From: an uncultured Methanosarcinales archaeon
GTDB lineage: Archaea > Nanobdellota > Nanobdellia > Woesearchaeales > CAYZNE01
DNA: 59,132 bases
Direction: 5' to 3'
Assembly: GCA_964405295.1 (NCBI GenBank)
Contig: CAYONI010000002.1
Coordinates: 1-59,132 of the forward strand
In this document: positions 46,149-54,410 of the stretch, piece after piece
Layout: each line of letters starts with the position of its first letter
Numbering within the stretch: the first letter of the stretch is position 1
Notes under the pieces: generated by a model
Told to the model about the DNA's origin: nothing
Databases searched by the model: none
What the model saw: only the letters and a program-made list of their open reading frames with translations
Translations under genes and position numbers: made by a program

Positions 46149-47963
46149 ATGAGATCGAGAAGTATGATTCTAAAGTCTAATAAAAAAGCAGTGTCTGCTC
46201 TTATTTGGGGGGTGGTTATTGGTGCTATTATTACGATTTTTATGGTGTTTTTTGCTGGTAGTTTGTATAAAAAAATTTTTTCTGGAACAGAAACAATTAC
46301 CGATTGTAAGACTCAACAAGGCACTTGTTATTCTACTTGTGATGGAGATCATGCATATCAAGTCTTTGGTGCAACAGGTTGTAAAAAAGATGAGGTTTGT
46401 TGCAGAGGGAAAATGCTATCTGATGCAGTAGGAGATGATCCTAATGTAAGTAATCCTAATAATGCTTGTTCAGATTATGATATTTGTTATGTTTCAACTC
46501 ATCCGGATGATAGTTGGAAAGTTGCAAAGAATTGGTATAATGGTGATCAAGAAAGAAATTGTTATTATCTAGTTCCTCAATATAATAAAGTGGAACCTAA
46601 ACCTGCGATTAATGGTCAGGTTTTATCTAAAGGTTATGAAAATGTAAATTTTACTGCTTCTGCAACTGCAAAATGCTGCTTGATTCAGATTGGTGGAATA
46701 AATAAATACTATGCCAATAATTATTTTGGTTATGCTTATTTTAATGGCGATGATAAAGTGACTTCAGGATATATTCCTTATAATGAAACAACAGGAACTT
46801 GCACTGCAACAATAAATTTTAATTTTGCAGAAGATCCTCCTAATCCTAAAGTTTTTAATCAAGAGGTTTGGAAAGAGTCTTTTGACGATAGAACTTTCTG
46901 TGCTCAAGAAGATGCTTTTGGCATGGCTAAAAAAGCAATGTTTAAAGTTGACTTTGTTTACTGGAATAAACCTTGTAAACCAGAACCAGGTTTCTTAGAT
47001 TCAAGTGCAAATAGTGTTGCAACGCTGTTTGATGTTGCTAAGTTTGCTCATGATAAATATGGTTATAATGATGATCCAACAGGTTCTGGCAATGAACCTG
47101 GAAATGAAAACTATTTTGTTTATTTAAGAAATTCTGTGAAACCACGTCTTGGAGGGGTGGGAGACCCGGTTTGCACTACATTTTGTGAAAAAGTTACTAG
47201 AGGTTCTGACACTCCTTCAGGTGAAGGTGACTCTTGTGAGTTTGTTAGTTTTATAGAAGTAGATGCGGGAGAAGATTGTCCTGCAAGTAAGTTCGAGCAG
47301 GTTAGTAAAACTGATGACTTATTCTATAAACAATTTTATGATGACCAGATTTTTGTTGAAGGTGGAGATGTAAAAGATTATTTTGTTGTGGATCCAAGTA
47401 AAAAGATTTGTTTAATTGGTGCTTCTGGTCCTGAATTCTTTCCAAATGATTTTGCTCCAGGTGTATGCCAAGGTATATACTATCTAAATCCTAATAAAGA
47501 CACTCCAACTGAACCCTGTGAATTAGATAAGTGTTCTTCAGTTAAATCTCAAGAATATTGTAATAACATACAAAGAAATTTAGATGACTATACTTATCAA
47601 TTAGATTTCAGACTTTATCCTGATGAATATTGTGATGATTTAAAATGTTTTTATGGAACAGATGGATTGTTTACTTTTAATAAATGTAGAAGTTGTGGTG
47701 TAATATCCTCTTGTTCAGGTTATAGTAAAGAAGACGCTTGTGCAATTAATCCTTGTAAATTAGGTATTTCTCCTTCCTTGACAGGTGGATGTTTTTGGAG
47801 CACTAAAGGGATCGACAAATGTAAACAGTGCCCTGGGAGCTGTGAAATGCTACTTAATGATGATTGTATGTCTGGTGAAGATTGTAATTTACATTGTGCA
47901 ATAAGTTCAGATACTGGAACTTGTGTTACAGATACTTCGTTCCAAGAGAATACTCTTGTTTAA
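46149..47963 (+). CDS. Large class III-signal Cys-rich protein (adhesin-like)
   Basis: NKKA|VSALIWGVVIGAIITIFMVFF; six-Cys head followed by a Cys-rich C-terminus. Confidence 0.75.
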   Translation: MRSRSMILKSNKKAVSALIWGVVIGAIITIFMVFFAGSLYKKIFSGTETITDCKTQQGTCYSTCDGDHAYQVFGATGCKKDEVCCRGKMLSDAVGDDPNVSNPNNACSDYDICYVSTHPDDSWKVAKNWYNGDQERNCYYLVPQYNKVEPKPAINGQVLSKGYENVNFTASATAKCCLIQIGGINKYYANNYFGYAYFNGDDKVTSGYIPYNETTGTCTATINFNFAEDPPNPKVFNQEVWKESFDDRTFCAQEDAFGMAKKAMFKVDFVYWNKPCKPEPGFLDSSANSVATLFDVAKFAHDKYGYNDDPTGSGNEPGNENYFVYLRNSVKPRLGGVGDPVCTTFCEKVTRGSDTPSGEGDSCEFVSFIEVDAGEDCPASKFEQVSKTDDLFYKQFYDDQIFVEGGDVKDYFVVDPSKKICLIGASGPEFFPNDFAPGVCQGIYYLNPNKDTPTEPCELDKCSSVKSQEYCNNIQRNLDDYTYQLDFRLYPDEYCDDLKCFYGTDGLFTFNKCRSCGVISSCSGYSKEDACAINPCKLGISPSLTGGCFWSTKGIDKCKQCPGSCEMLLNDDCMSGEDCNLHCAISSDTGTCVTDTSFQENTLV

Positions 47964-47978
47964 TAGATTTAGAATAAA

Positions 47979-48302
47979 ATGAAAATGGACAAAAAAGCAT
48001 TTGATGTTGTAATTTCAAAATATCTCATAATTTTTGTAACAATTATTATTATAATTGCTATTGCTATTCCTTTATATAGTGTTAATAAAGATGCTCTTTC
48101 CTTAGGGGTCTCTGTGTTTGATGCTAATGTAAACTGTGGAGAAGTTCTTGCAGGTTTATATGAAACAAAGTGTTTTTCTAGTGAACACCTTGTTAATTGT
48201 TATCAGATAGGATGGCTATCTCATATGGAAACAGGAAAAGCAAAAGGGTGTTTTGATGACGAAATGTGTTGTAAAAGAGAATTGCCGAATAATATTAATT
48301 AA
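47979..48302 (+). CDS. Small pilin-like protein with a six-Cys head
   Basis: DKKA|FDVVISKYLIIFVTIIIIIAIA; ...GCFDDEMCC. Confidence 0.75.
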   Translation: MKMDKKAFDVVISKYLIIFVTIIIIIAIAIPLYSVNKDALSLGVSVFDANVNCGEVLAGLYETKCFSSEHLVNCYQIGWLSHMETGKAKGCFDDEMCCKRELPNNIN

Positions 48303-48307
48303 TTAAA

Positions 48308-49033
48308 ATGTTAAGATTAGAATATAATAAAAAAGCTCAAACGCAATCGTTTATTATGATATTAGCTATTATAATTCTTATTGGAGTTGCTTCGATAACA
48401 ATTCTCTCCTCCTTGGATAAAGTAAAAGAGGGTGCAAAATCCACTTGGGATGATTTTAATGATTGTTATAAAATTCCTAATGGCTTTTGTATAAGTCCTA
48501 ATGATTATTGTAGGGATTATGATAGTTCTATAGATTCTTTAGGAATATCTTGTAAAGAAGATGATAATCCTGGAAAGACTGCAGATATGAAATGCTGTAC
48601 TGCAATAGATCCGAAGAAAAAAATTACTCTTGAACTTTATAATGGAGATAAATATATTGATAGGCTTGCAGGAAGAGCACAAGATTATATTTCAACAGGA
48701 GGGTTAGATAAAGTTAAGATTACTAGTATAGACGTTAATTATCCTGAATATCTTTATTCAAAAAAAATTAATAATAAGACAACTATGTTTAAGCTTGAAT
48801 TAGTTCCTCTTAAGACAACAACTAAGTGCTATTCTGGAACCGAACCACTTCTTGTTAATTGTAAGTATCATGATGGTGGAGATTTCTCATTTCCCTCATG
48901 TGGCGGTCCTGGAACAAGTGAGTTTAATCTTGATATTGGTGATTGCCGGTTTAAGCTAACTGTTTATAATGAGAAAGGCGAAGATGTTGTCGAAATCTTT
49001 ACTAAAGAATTTGACTTTCCTGTAAAAATATAA
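48308..49033 (+). CDS. Class III-signal protein with a six-Cys head and a C-terminal beta domain
   Basis: NKKA|QTQSFIMILAIIILIG; DCYKIPNGFC...YC...SC...KCC. Confidence 0.75.
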   Translation: MLRLEYNKKAQTQSFIMILAIIILIGVASITILSSLDKVKEGAKSTWDDFNDCYKIPNGFCISPNDYCRDYDSSIDSLGISCKEDDNPGKTADMKCCTAIDPKKKITLELYNGDKYIDRLAGRAQDYISTGGLDKVKITSIDVNYPEYLYSKKINNKTTMFKLELVPLKTTTKCYSGTEPLLVNCKYHDGGDFSFPSCGGPGTSEFNLDIGDCRFKLTVYNEKGEDVVEIFTKEFDFPVKI

Positions 49034-49102
49034 GGCCTACCTTGCTTTTTTTATAACAATCTTTTTAAACAATACTTCTTAAATTTATATTGAGGTTAGA
49101 GG

Positions 49103-50806
49103 ATGGTTCTTAGAGCTAAAAAAGCACAAACTGACAGTATGAAGAAGGCCCTTTTAGAACTTCTTGTATTTTCAATTTTTTTGGTAGTATTTATATCTAT
49201 TCTGTCTTCCTTATGGAATAATTTGAAAGGAACATCACTTGAAGAACAAGCAGGAATGCAGTTTAATGTATTTATTTCTAATCTTAAATCAATGTCTTAT
49301 ACTCAGTCAGAATATAGTTTATCTTATTCTCAATTGTTAGTCCCTGCAGGTTATTATCTTGTTGCATTTCCTGCTGCTGCACAAAACGTGAGATATCATT
49401 ATGTTAATGATAATGGCCAGGTTACAGATAAGATTAAAGAGATATTTAGGCCAAAAGATTGCAATAAAGAGTCTGAACAATCATGTCTTTGTTTATATAA
49501 TAAGCAACCTGGAAATGTAGAGGGTGATGCAAATAAGAATATAGTTGTGTGTAAACAGATACCTGTTAAAAAGTTTGTTGCGAATCACATAAATGAAGAA
49601 GAGTTAATGCTCCCAGGTAGTTCAAAGAATTTTTCTTTTACTGAAAATGACTATTCAGTTTTTTTAGGTGAAAGTTTTCCAAAATCTAAATTTAGTTCAG
49701 ATATAAGAGGGTTTATTGAAGGAAATGATACATATGCTATTGGTGAAAGAACTCAGAATTTAGGGTTTTATGATTCTTCCATTGGTGATGTTCCATTGCA
49801 TGATCTTGTTATAAAAATAAAACAATCGGTTCCAATCCCCTTTTATGTTGAATTGTTAAAGGTTGGTGATGATTCTTCAATGGTAGTTTTTCCTTATTCT
49901 TATGCTTTATTTAATAGAAAATATTTTTTGATGAATTACGATGGCCAAGAATCATGTAATAATAAGAATATTCATACAGTTTTTGATGTTCCTGGAGAAC
50001 CAGGAAATTTTTCTTATTGTGAGCAAACAGCTTCAGGTCTTGTAGAATCTGAAGATAGAATAGGTTTTTGTCCGCGTGGAACTATCCCTGAAATTTGTGC
50101 TTGTGGTGGAGGAACAACCTCTTTTTTTTCAAGAGCGGGAAATAATGTTATTTTCCCAAGAGCAATAAGTTATGGTAATTGCGCTAAATTTACTGATGTG
50201 GAGTTTACAACTCTTGTGAATTTCCCACCAGAGTATTGTAACGAGATACCTGACGCAGCTTTAACATTTTGCCTAATATATGAAGATAAGTATGCATGCG
50301 CATCTGATGTTTGTGATACAGGAAATTTATGTTCTTGGGTTAGTTCACCCGGTTCAGGATCTTGTGTTTCTACTTGTAATCAAATAACTTCTTGTTCTGA
50401 TTATGATTTAACTTCTTGTGTTGATGACACTTGTGGCATTAGTGAGCTGGGATGTGTTTTAGGAATTAATAATGATCAAGAAGAATGTATGGACTTATGT
50501 AATAGTATAACTTCTTGTTCTGATTATGAAGGAAGATTTGAGTGCGGAGATGATTTATGTGAAATCTATCCTGCAGGAACAAGCACAGTCAATAAGTGTG
50601 AATATAATGAAGTAAATGCTCAATGTTCTACCATCATAATAGATGTGTGTAATAGTGTGGTAGAATGTTCTAATTATATAACCAAAGCAGAGTGTGAAGC
50701 TGATGCTTGTAATTTGTATTCAGGAATATATGAGAGTTGTGTCTATGATGATAATACTGATTTGTGTTCTGTAGTTGCAACTTATGAAAATTTAATTACA
50801 TCTTAG
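49103..50806 (+). CDS. Large class III-signal protein with C-terminal Cys repeats
   Basis: AKKA|QTDSMKKALLELLVFSIFLVVF; about four CNxIxxCxxY...CxxDxC repeats. Confidence 0.75.
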   Translation: MVLRAKKAQTDSMKKALLELLVFSIFLVVFISILSSLWNNLKGTSLEEQAGMQFNVFISNLKSMSYTQSEYSLSYSQLLVPAGYYLVAFPAAAQNVRYHYVNDNGQVTDKIKEIFRPKDCNKESEQSCLCLYNKQPGNVEGDANKNIVVCKQIPVKKFVANHINEEELMLPGSSKNFSFTENDYSVFLGESFPKSKFSSDIRGFIEGNDTYAIGERTQNLGFYDSSIGDVPLHDLVIKIKQSVPIPFYVELLKVGDDSSMVVFPYSYALFNRKYFLMNYDGQESCNNKNIHTVFDVPGEPGNFSYCEQTASGLVESEDRIGFCPRGTIPEICACGGGTTSFFSRAGNNVIFPRAISYGNCAKFTDVEFTTLVNFPPEYCNEIPDAALTFCLIYEDKYACASDVCDTGNLCSWVSSPGSGSCVSTCNQITSCSDYDLTSCVDDTCGISELGCVLGINNDQEECMDLCNSITSCSDYEGRFECGDDLCEIYPAGTSTVNKCEYNEVNAQCSTIIIDVCNSVVECSNYITKAECEADACNLYSGIYESCVYDDNTDLCSVVATYENLITS

Positions 50807-50814
50807 TTATTAAA

Positions 50815-51843
50815 ATGAAAAAAAGAATTTTTGGAAATAAAAAGGGTAGTGAATCTTTTATGATGTCAATGTTATATGACATGTTCTTTTCTATAATTAT
50901 TCTCTTAACTTTATTAGCTTTTGTTAATTCTGTTAATTCAGGAACTTATTATTGGAGGCAATACTATGTTGAAGACATTAGTTTGACTCTGTCTTTGATT
51001 GAAGGTGTTCCTGAAGACTTAAGTATAAATTATGTTGTAACTCATAGTAAGGCTTTGTCAAGTGGACAAACAGGGTTGTTTGTTGATATAACACCTGGTT
51101 ATGTTGCTATTTTTTCAAGAAATGAGTCTGAATATAAGAATATTAAACCCTTTCTGACAAAATTAACTTCTAATTTAGTAATGTTTTCTCCATTGGAGGC
51201 TATTTCCATTTTTAAATCAGGCGATCAAATTAGTTTTTCATCAGATTCGGTTCTTAGATGTAGAACTTTATCAAGAGATAAAACTGAATTTGTTTTAACA
51301 AAGATATATCTTCCAGAAGATGACTTTCTTCCTATAAAAATACAAAATGTTGTTAAAGAAACAGAAAATCAGATTGTAGCAGAATATTCTTCTGAGATTG
51401 GAAGTTATAGTATATTATTATCTGAATTATTTTCCAAGAATATTGGGGATCCTATTGTTAAAGACGACAATGATCTGGCTATTATTGTAATCTTTAAAGA
51501 TGCAGATAAAAATGCAATTTCCATAAAACATTCTACAACTGGAAATTCTGAATTAGCAAATAACATCGCGTGCAACCTGTTTTCTCAATTAGATTTTATG
51601 TATTCTGAACTTGAACAGTATGTTGAGCAAGATGTTAATCTTTTTATTAGGCCTGCATCCAGTGATGAGGTGGCCGATTATTCCCAGGAAAATAATGCGG
51701 TTATTTTAATTGAGTTTCAATCTCCAAATATAGAAGAATTTTATATTAGTAATAGAATTTTTGCAAAAGTAATTGTTGATAATATTAAAAAGTCAACAAG
51801 TGAAATAGAACAAGAAAAGCTTACAGAATTATTAACTGTTTAA
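50815..51843 (+). CDS. Class III-signal protein with a degenerate Amidase_3-like C-terminal domain
   Basis: NKKG|SESFMMSMLYDMFFSIIILL; DLAIIVIF...NSELANNIACNL...AVILIEF...IFAKVIVDNI. Confidence 0.6.
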   Translation: MKKRIFGNKKGSESFMMSMLYDMFFSIIILLTLLAFVNSVNSGTYYWRQYYVEDISLTLSLIEGVPEDLSINYVVTHSKALSSGQTGLFVDITPGYVAIFSRNESEYKNIKPFLTKLTSNLVMFSPLEAISIFKSGDQISFSSDSVLRCRTLSRDKTEFVLTKIYLPEDDFLPIKIQNVVKETENQIVAEYSSEIGSYSILLSELFSKNIGDPIVKDDNDLAIIVIFKDADKNAISIKHSTTGNSELANNIACNLFSQLDFMYSELEQYVEQDVNLFIRPASSDEVADYSQENNAVILIEFQSPNIEEFYISNRIFAKVIVDNIKKSTSEIEQEKLTELLTV

Positions 51844-51844
51844 T

Positions 51845-52408
51845 ATGAGAAAAGTTATCCGGAATCGTGGGAATGGGAAAAAAGCATCAACTATAAGTTA
51901 TATGGCCATGTTTCTTTACAGAATTATTTTTGTTGCTGCATCAATTTATTTATTTGTTCTTTTTGCAAATATGTTACTCTCTCCATTTCCAGATATCTAT
52001 GAAGCTCGTGCAGAATTGTTAATGGGCAGAGTTCTTTATTCCGAAGCGATACACTATACTGATGATTCAATAGGACGAGTTTATAATAATATTATTGATT
52101 TAGATAAATTAAATTCTTTTAATACCACAACAAAGCTTGAGCGTTATTTTAGAAATGAGCTGTATCATCCTTCTAGGACAAATTTACTTGTTTTTAATAT
52201 TACTGCCACCTATTGGAATGGGACAAATTTTGAAAGAAGTAGTTTTGTTTCTAACACAACACAGTATAAATTATTAAATCCCAAGGCTAGGTTTGAAGGC
52301 AAGGGTGCGGTTACAGGACTTCATAGAGTTTTTGACTCAAGTTGTATGATTAATTCAACAATTATTCCCTGTAATGTAGATTTGAAAGTTTTAATTCCTA
52401 ATTCATAA
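51845..52408 (+). CDS. Class III-signal (pilin-like) protein
   Basis: GKKA|STISYMAMFLYRIIFVAASIYLFVLFA. Confidence 0.72.
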   Translation: MRKVIRNRGNGKKASTISYMAMFLYRIIFVAASIYLFVLFANMLLSPFPDIYEARAELLMGRVLYSEAIHYTDDSIGRVYNNIIDLDKLNSFNTTTKLERYFRNELYHPSRTNLLVFNITATYWNGTNFERSSFVSNTTQYKLLNPKARFEGKGAVTGLHRVFDSSCMINSTIIPCNVDLKVLIPNS

Positions 52409-52409
52409 A

Positions 52410-53054
52410 ATGACTAAAAAGATATTTAGAAAAAATAGAAAAGGTTTAGCCTTCTTTGTTCTATTAGATTTATGGTCTATAATTGCAGTGGTAGGATTTC
52501 TTATTTTGCTATTAATATATATTAATTTTACAGAAAAAGTTCAAGAAAAAAGAATTGCAGATAAGATTGTTGGATCAAATTTTCCACATTATATTATCTC
52601 TTCATTTGAAAGTGAAGTTGTTGATTTTAAAGGGTGTGCTGGAATACCTGAAAATATAACCCGGACAGAATTTTTAGTTTGGCTAGATTATAATAAAGAA
52701 TTTATGTCTGATAAAGAACTTGAGAATTGTGTTAATCCATTTAGGCATAGCTTGTTAAAATTTACTGAACCACAAGTTAAAGAGAATTTTGGTGCAGCCT
52801 TAACGCATTTTGCATTTACTGTGCAAGGTGAAAGAATTGTTGAGAGTTCAACTCTTAATATGTTTATAGAATCCAAACTTGCTTATGAAATTCCTGCTAA
52901 AAATGAGAATATTCAGGTTAGTTTTGGTTTTACTGCGGAATCTTTAACAGATGTTATACAAGATAAAATAGAAGAATCTTTATCAGGAGTTGCCAAGTTT
53001 GTTGGTGGTAAGATAACAGAGTTTGCAATTAATATTATTAAGGATAGTATATAA
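52410..53054 (+). CDS. Class III-signal (pilin-like) protein
   Basis: NRKG|LAFFVLLDLWSIIAVVGFLILLL. Confidence 0.72.
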   Translation: MTKKIFRKNRKGLAFFVLLDLWSIIAVVGFLILLLIYINFTEKVQEKRIADKIVGSNFPHYIISSFESEVVDFKGCAGIPENITRTEFLVWLDYNKEFMSDKELENCVNPFRHSLLKFTEPQVKENFGAALTHFAFTVQGERIVESSTLNMFIESKLAYEIPAKNENIQVSFGFTAESLTDVIQDKIEESLSGVAKFVGGKITEFAINIIKDSI

Positions 53055-53073
53055 AATGATTTTAAAGAATAAA

Positions 53074-53098
53074 CACAAAAATCAAGATTTTTGGTCAT
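53074..53098 (+). repeat. Hairpin-GGTCAT dispersed element
   Basis: CACAAAAATC-AA-GATTTTTG-GTCAT. Confidence 0.65.
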
Positions 53099-53131
53099 TT
53101 TGTTTTAGTTTTATAGTTGTAGGATATTAAG

Positions 53132-54406
53132 ATGTTAAAAATAAAACAAAATAAAAAAGGGAAAGTACTCATGGTTTCTATAGCTTTGTCGCTTATAGGA
53201 TTATTGATTTATTTACTTATTGCAACTAGCAATTTAGATGGTCCCACTATTGAAAATTTTGGCCAAATACAAAAACAAACAATTAGAGCATTAAATCAAA
53301 AAGATACTTTATTACTCTATGTTGATACTGCTACAGAACTTGCAAAAAGGGATGTTTCTCAAAAAATTTTAGCAGACAATGCAGGTTTCTATAAAGAAAT
53401 AGATTCATCTGATCCTAATAGTGATGTAACTGGTTGTGGATCTCACGTCTACAATTTGCTTTCAACTACAACTGGTAAATCTTGTGTTAGTGATTATGAT
53501 TATGGTAAAGAATATTTGTTTTCATTCAAAGATGAATTAGGAAAATATATTTCTAGAGAAGAAAATTTGAAAGGAGTTGAGTTTAATCATTTTGATATAG
53601 ATAATGGAAGTATTATTCCAAAAAATCTTGAACAAGTTTATCTTCTTATAACAAACAAAGATTTTGATTTTGATTTTTTACCTGAAGGGGGAATAATTAA
53701 TCTTGCCATTAAATCTAAGTATGGTGATGATGTTGCAAAAAAGATTTTAAATATTGATCTTTCTAAAGATCCTTTTAAGAGCATGGTACCAGGTGATTGT
53801 TCTTTGCATGTTAATTGGTTAATTAAAACTGCATATCAGGATGAAGATAATTTCAGAGGTATTGATTGTTTCCCAAATCACGCATGGGGAATTGCAGCGT
53901 GTTATCTTAGTAAATCACAAAGAACTCCTGAGATCTCAAGAGTTGTTTATTCAGGACCAGGATTATCTTTTGATGAATTATTCTTAGAAGATAAACTGCT
54001 TAAAGAAGGAGATATTTTATTTACATCATCAAAAACAACTTGGTGTAAATGGACAGGATATAATGAATATAGTAATGATAATATGTGTGGATATGCTAAA
54101 GGAACACTGGATCCTGATCGTTATTTAAGAACTGATGGAGAAATAGGGTTTTGTGTTGAAGATACTATTGAACTATCAGACAATCCTCTTTATTGTGATT
54201 TTAGTGAGTTTGGAATTGAATCTGAAAATTTTCCAATAATTACGCACATATTTATTTATCTTGGACTTGATAGAACAGGAAAACATGTAATTGGGAATTT
54301 GTATGGTGCACATGCAAATGATAAAGATTTAGAAATATTTTTAGGTACATATGGTAAAAGTGATGGTGTTAGGATGATTGTTAGACCAGACTACCCAAAA
54401 ATTTAA
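53132..54406 (+). CDS. Class III-signal protein with a C-terminal NlpC/P60 (papain-like) peptidase-like domain
   Basis: NKKG|KVLMVSIALSLIGLLIYLL; GDCSLHV...NHAW...LKEGDILF...THIFIYLG. Confidence 0.65.
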   Translation: MLKIKQNKKGKVLMVSIALSLIGLLIYLLIATSNLDGPTIENFGQIQKQTIRALNQKDTLLLYVDTATELAKRDVSQKILADNAGFYKEIDSSDPNSDVTGCGSHVYNLLSTTTGKSCVSDYDYGKEYLFSFKDELGKYISREENLKGVEFNHFDIDNGSIIPKNLEQVYLLITNKDFDFDFLPEGGIINLAIKSKYGDDVAKKILNIDLSKDPFKSMVPGDCSLHVNWLIKTAYQDEDNFRGIDCFPNHAWGIAACYLSKSQRTPEISRVVYSGPGLSFDELFLEDKLLKEGDILFTSSKTTWCKWTGYNEYSNDNMCGYAKGTLDPDRYLRTDGEIGFCVEDTIELSDNPLYCDFSEFGIESENFPIITHIFIYLGLDRTGKHVIGNLYGAHANDKDLEIFLGTYGKSDGVRMIVRPDYPKI

Positions 54407-54410
54407 TAAA

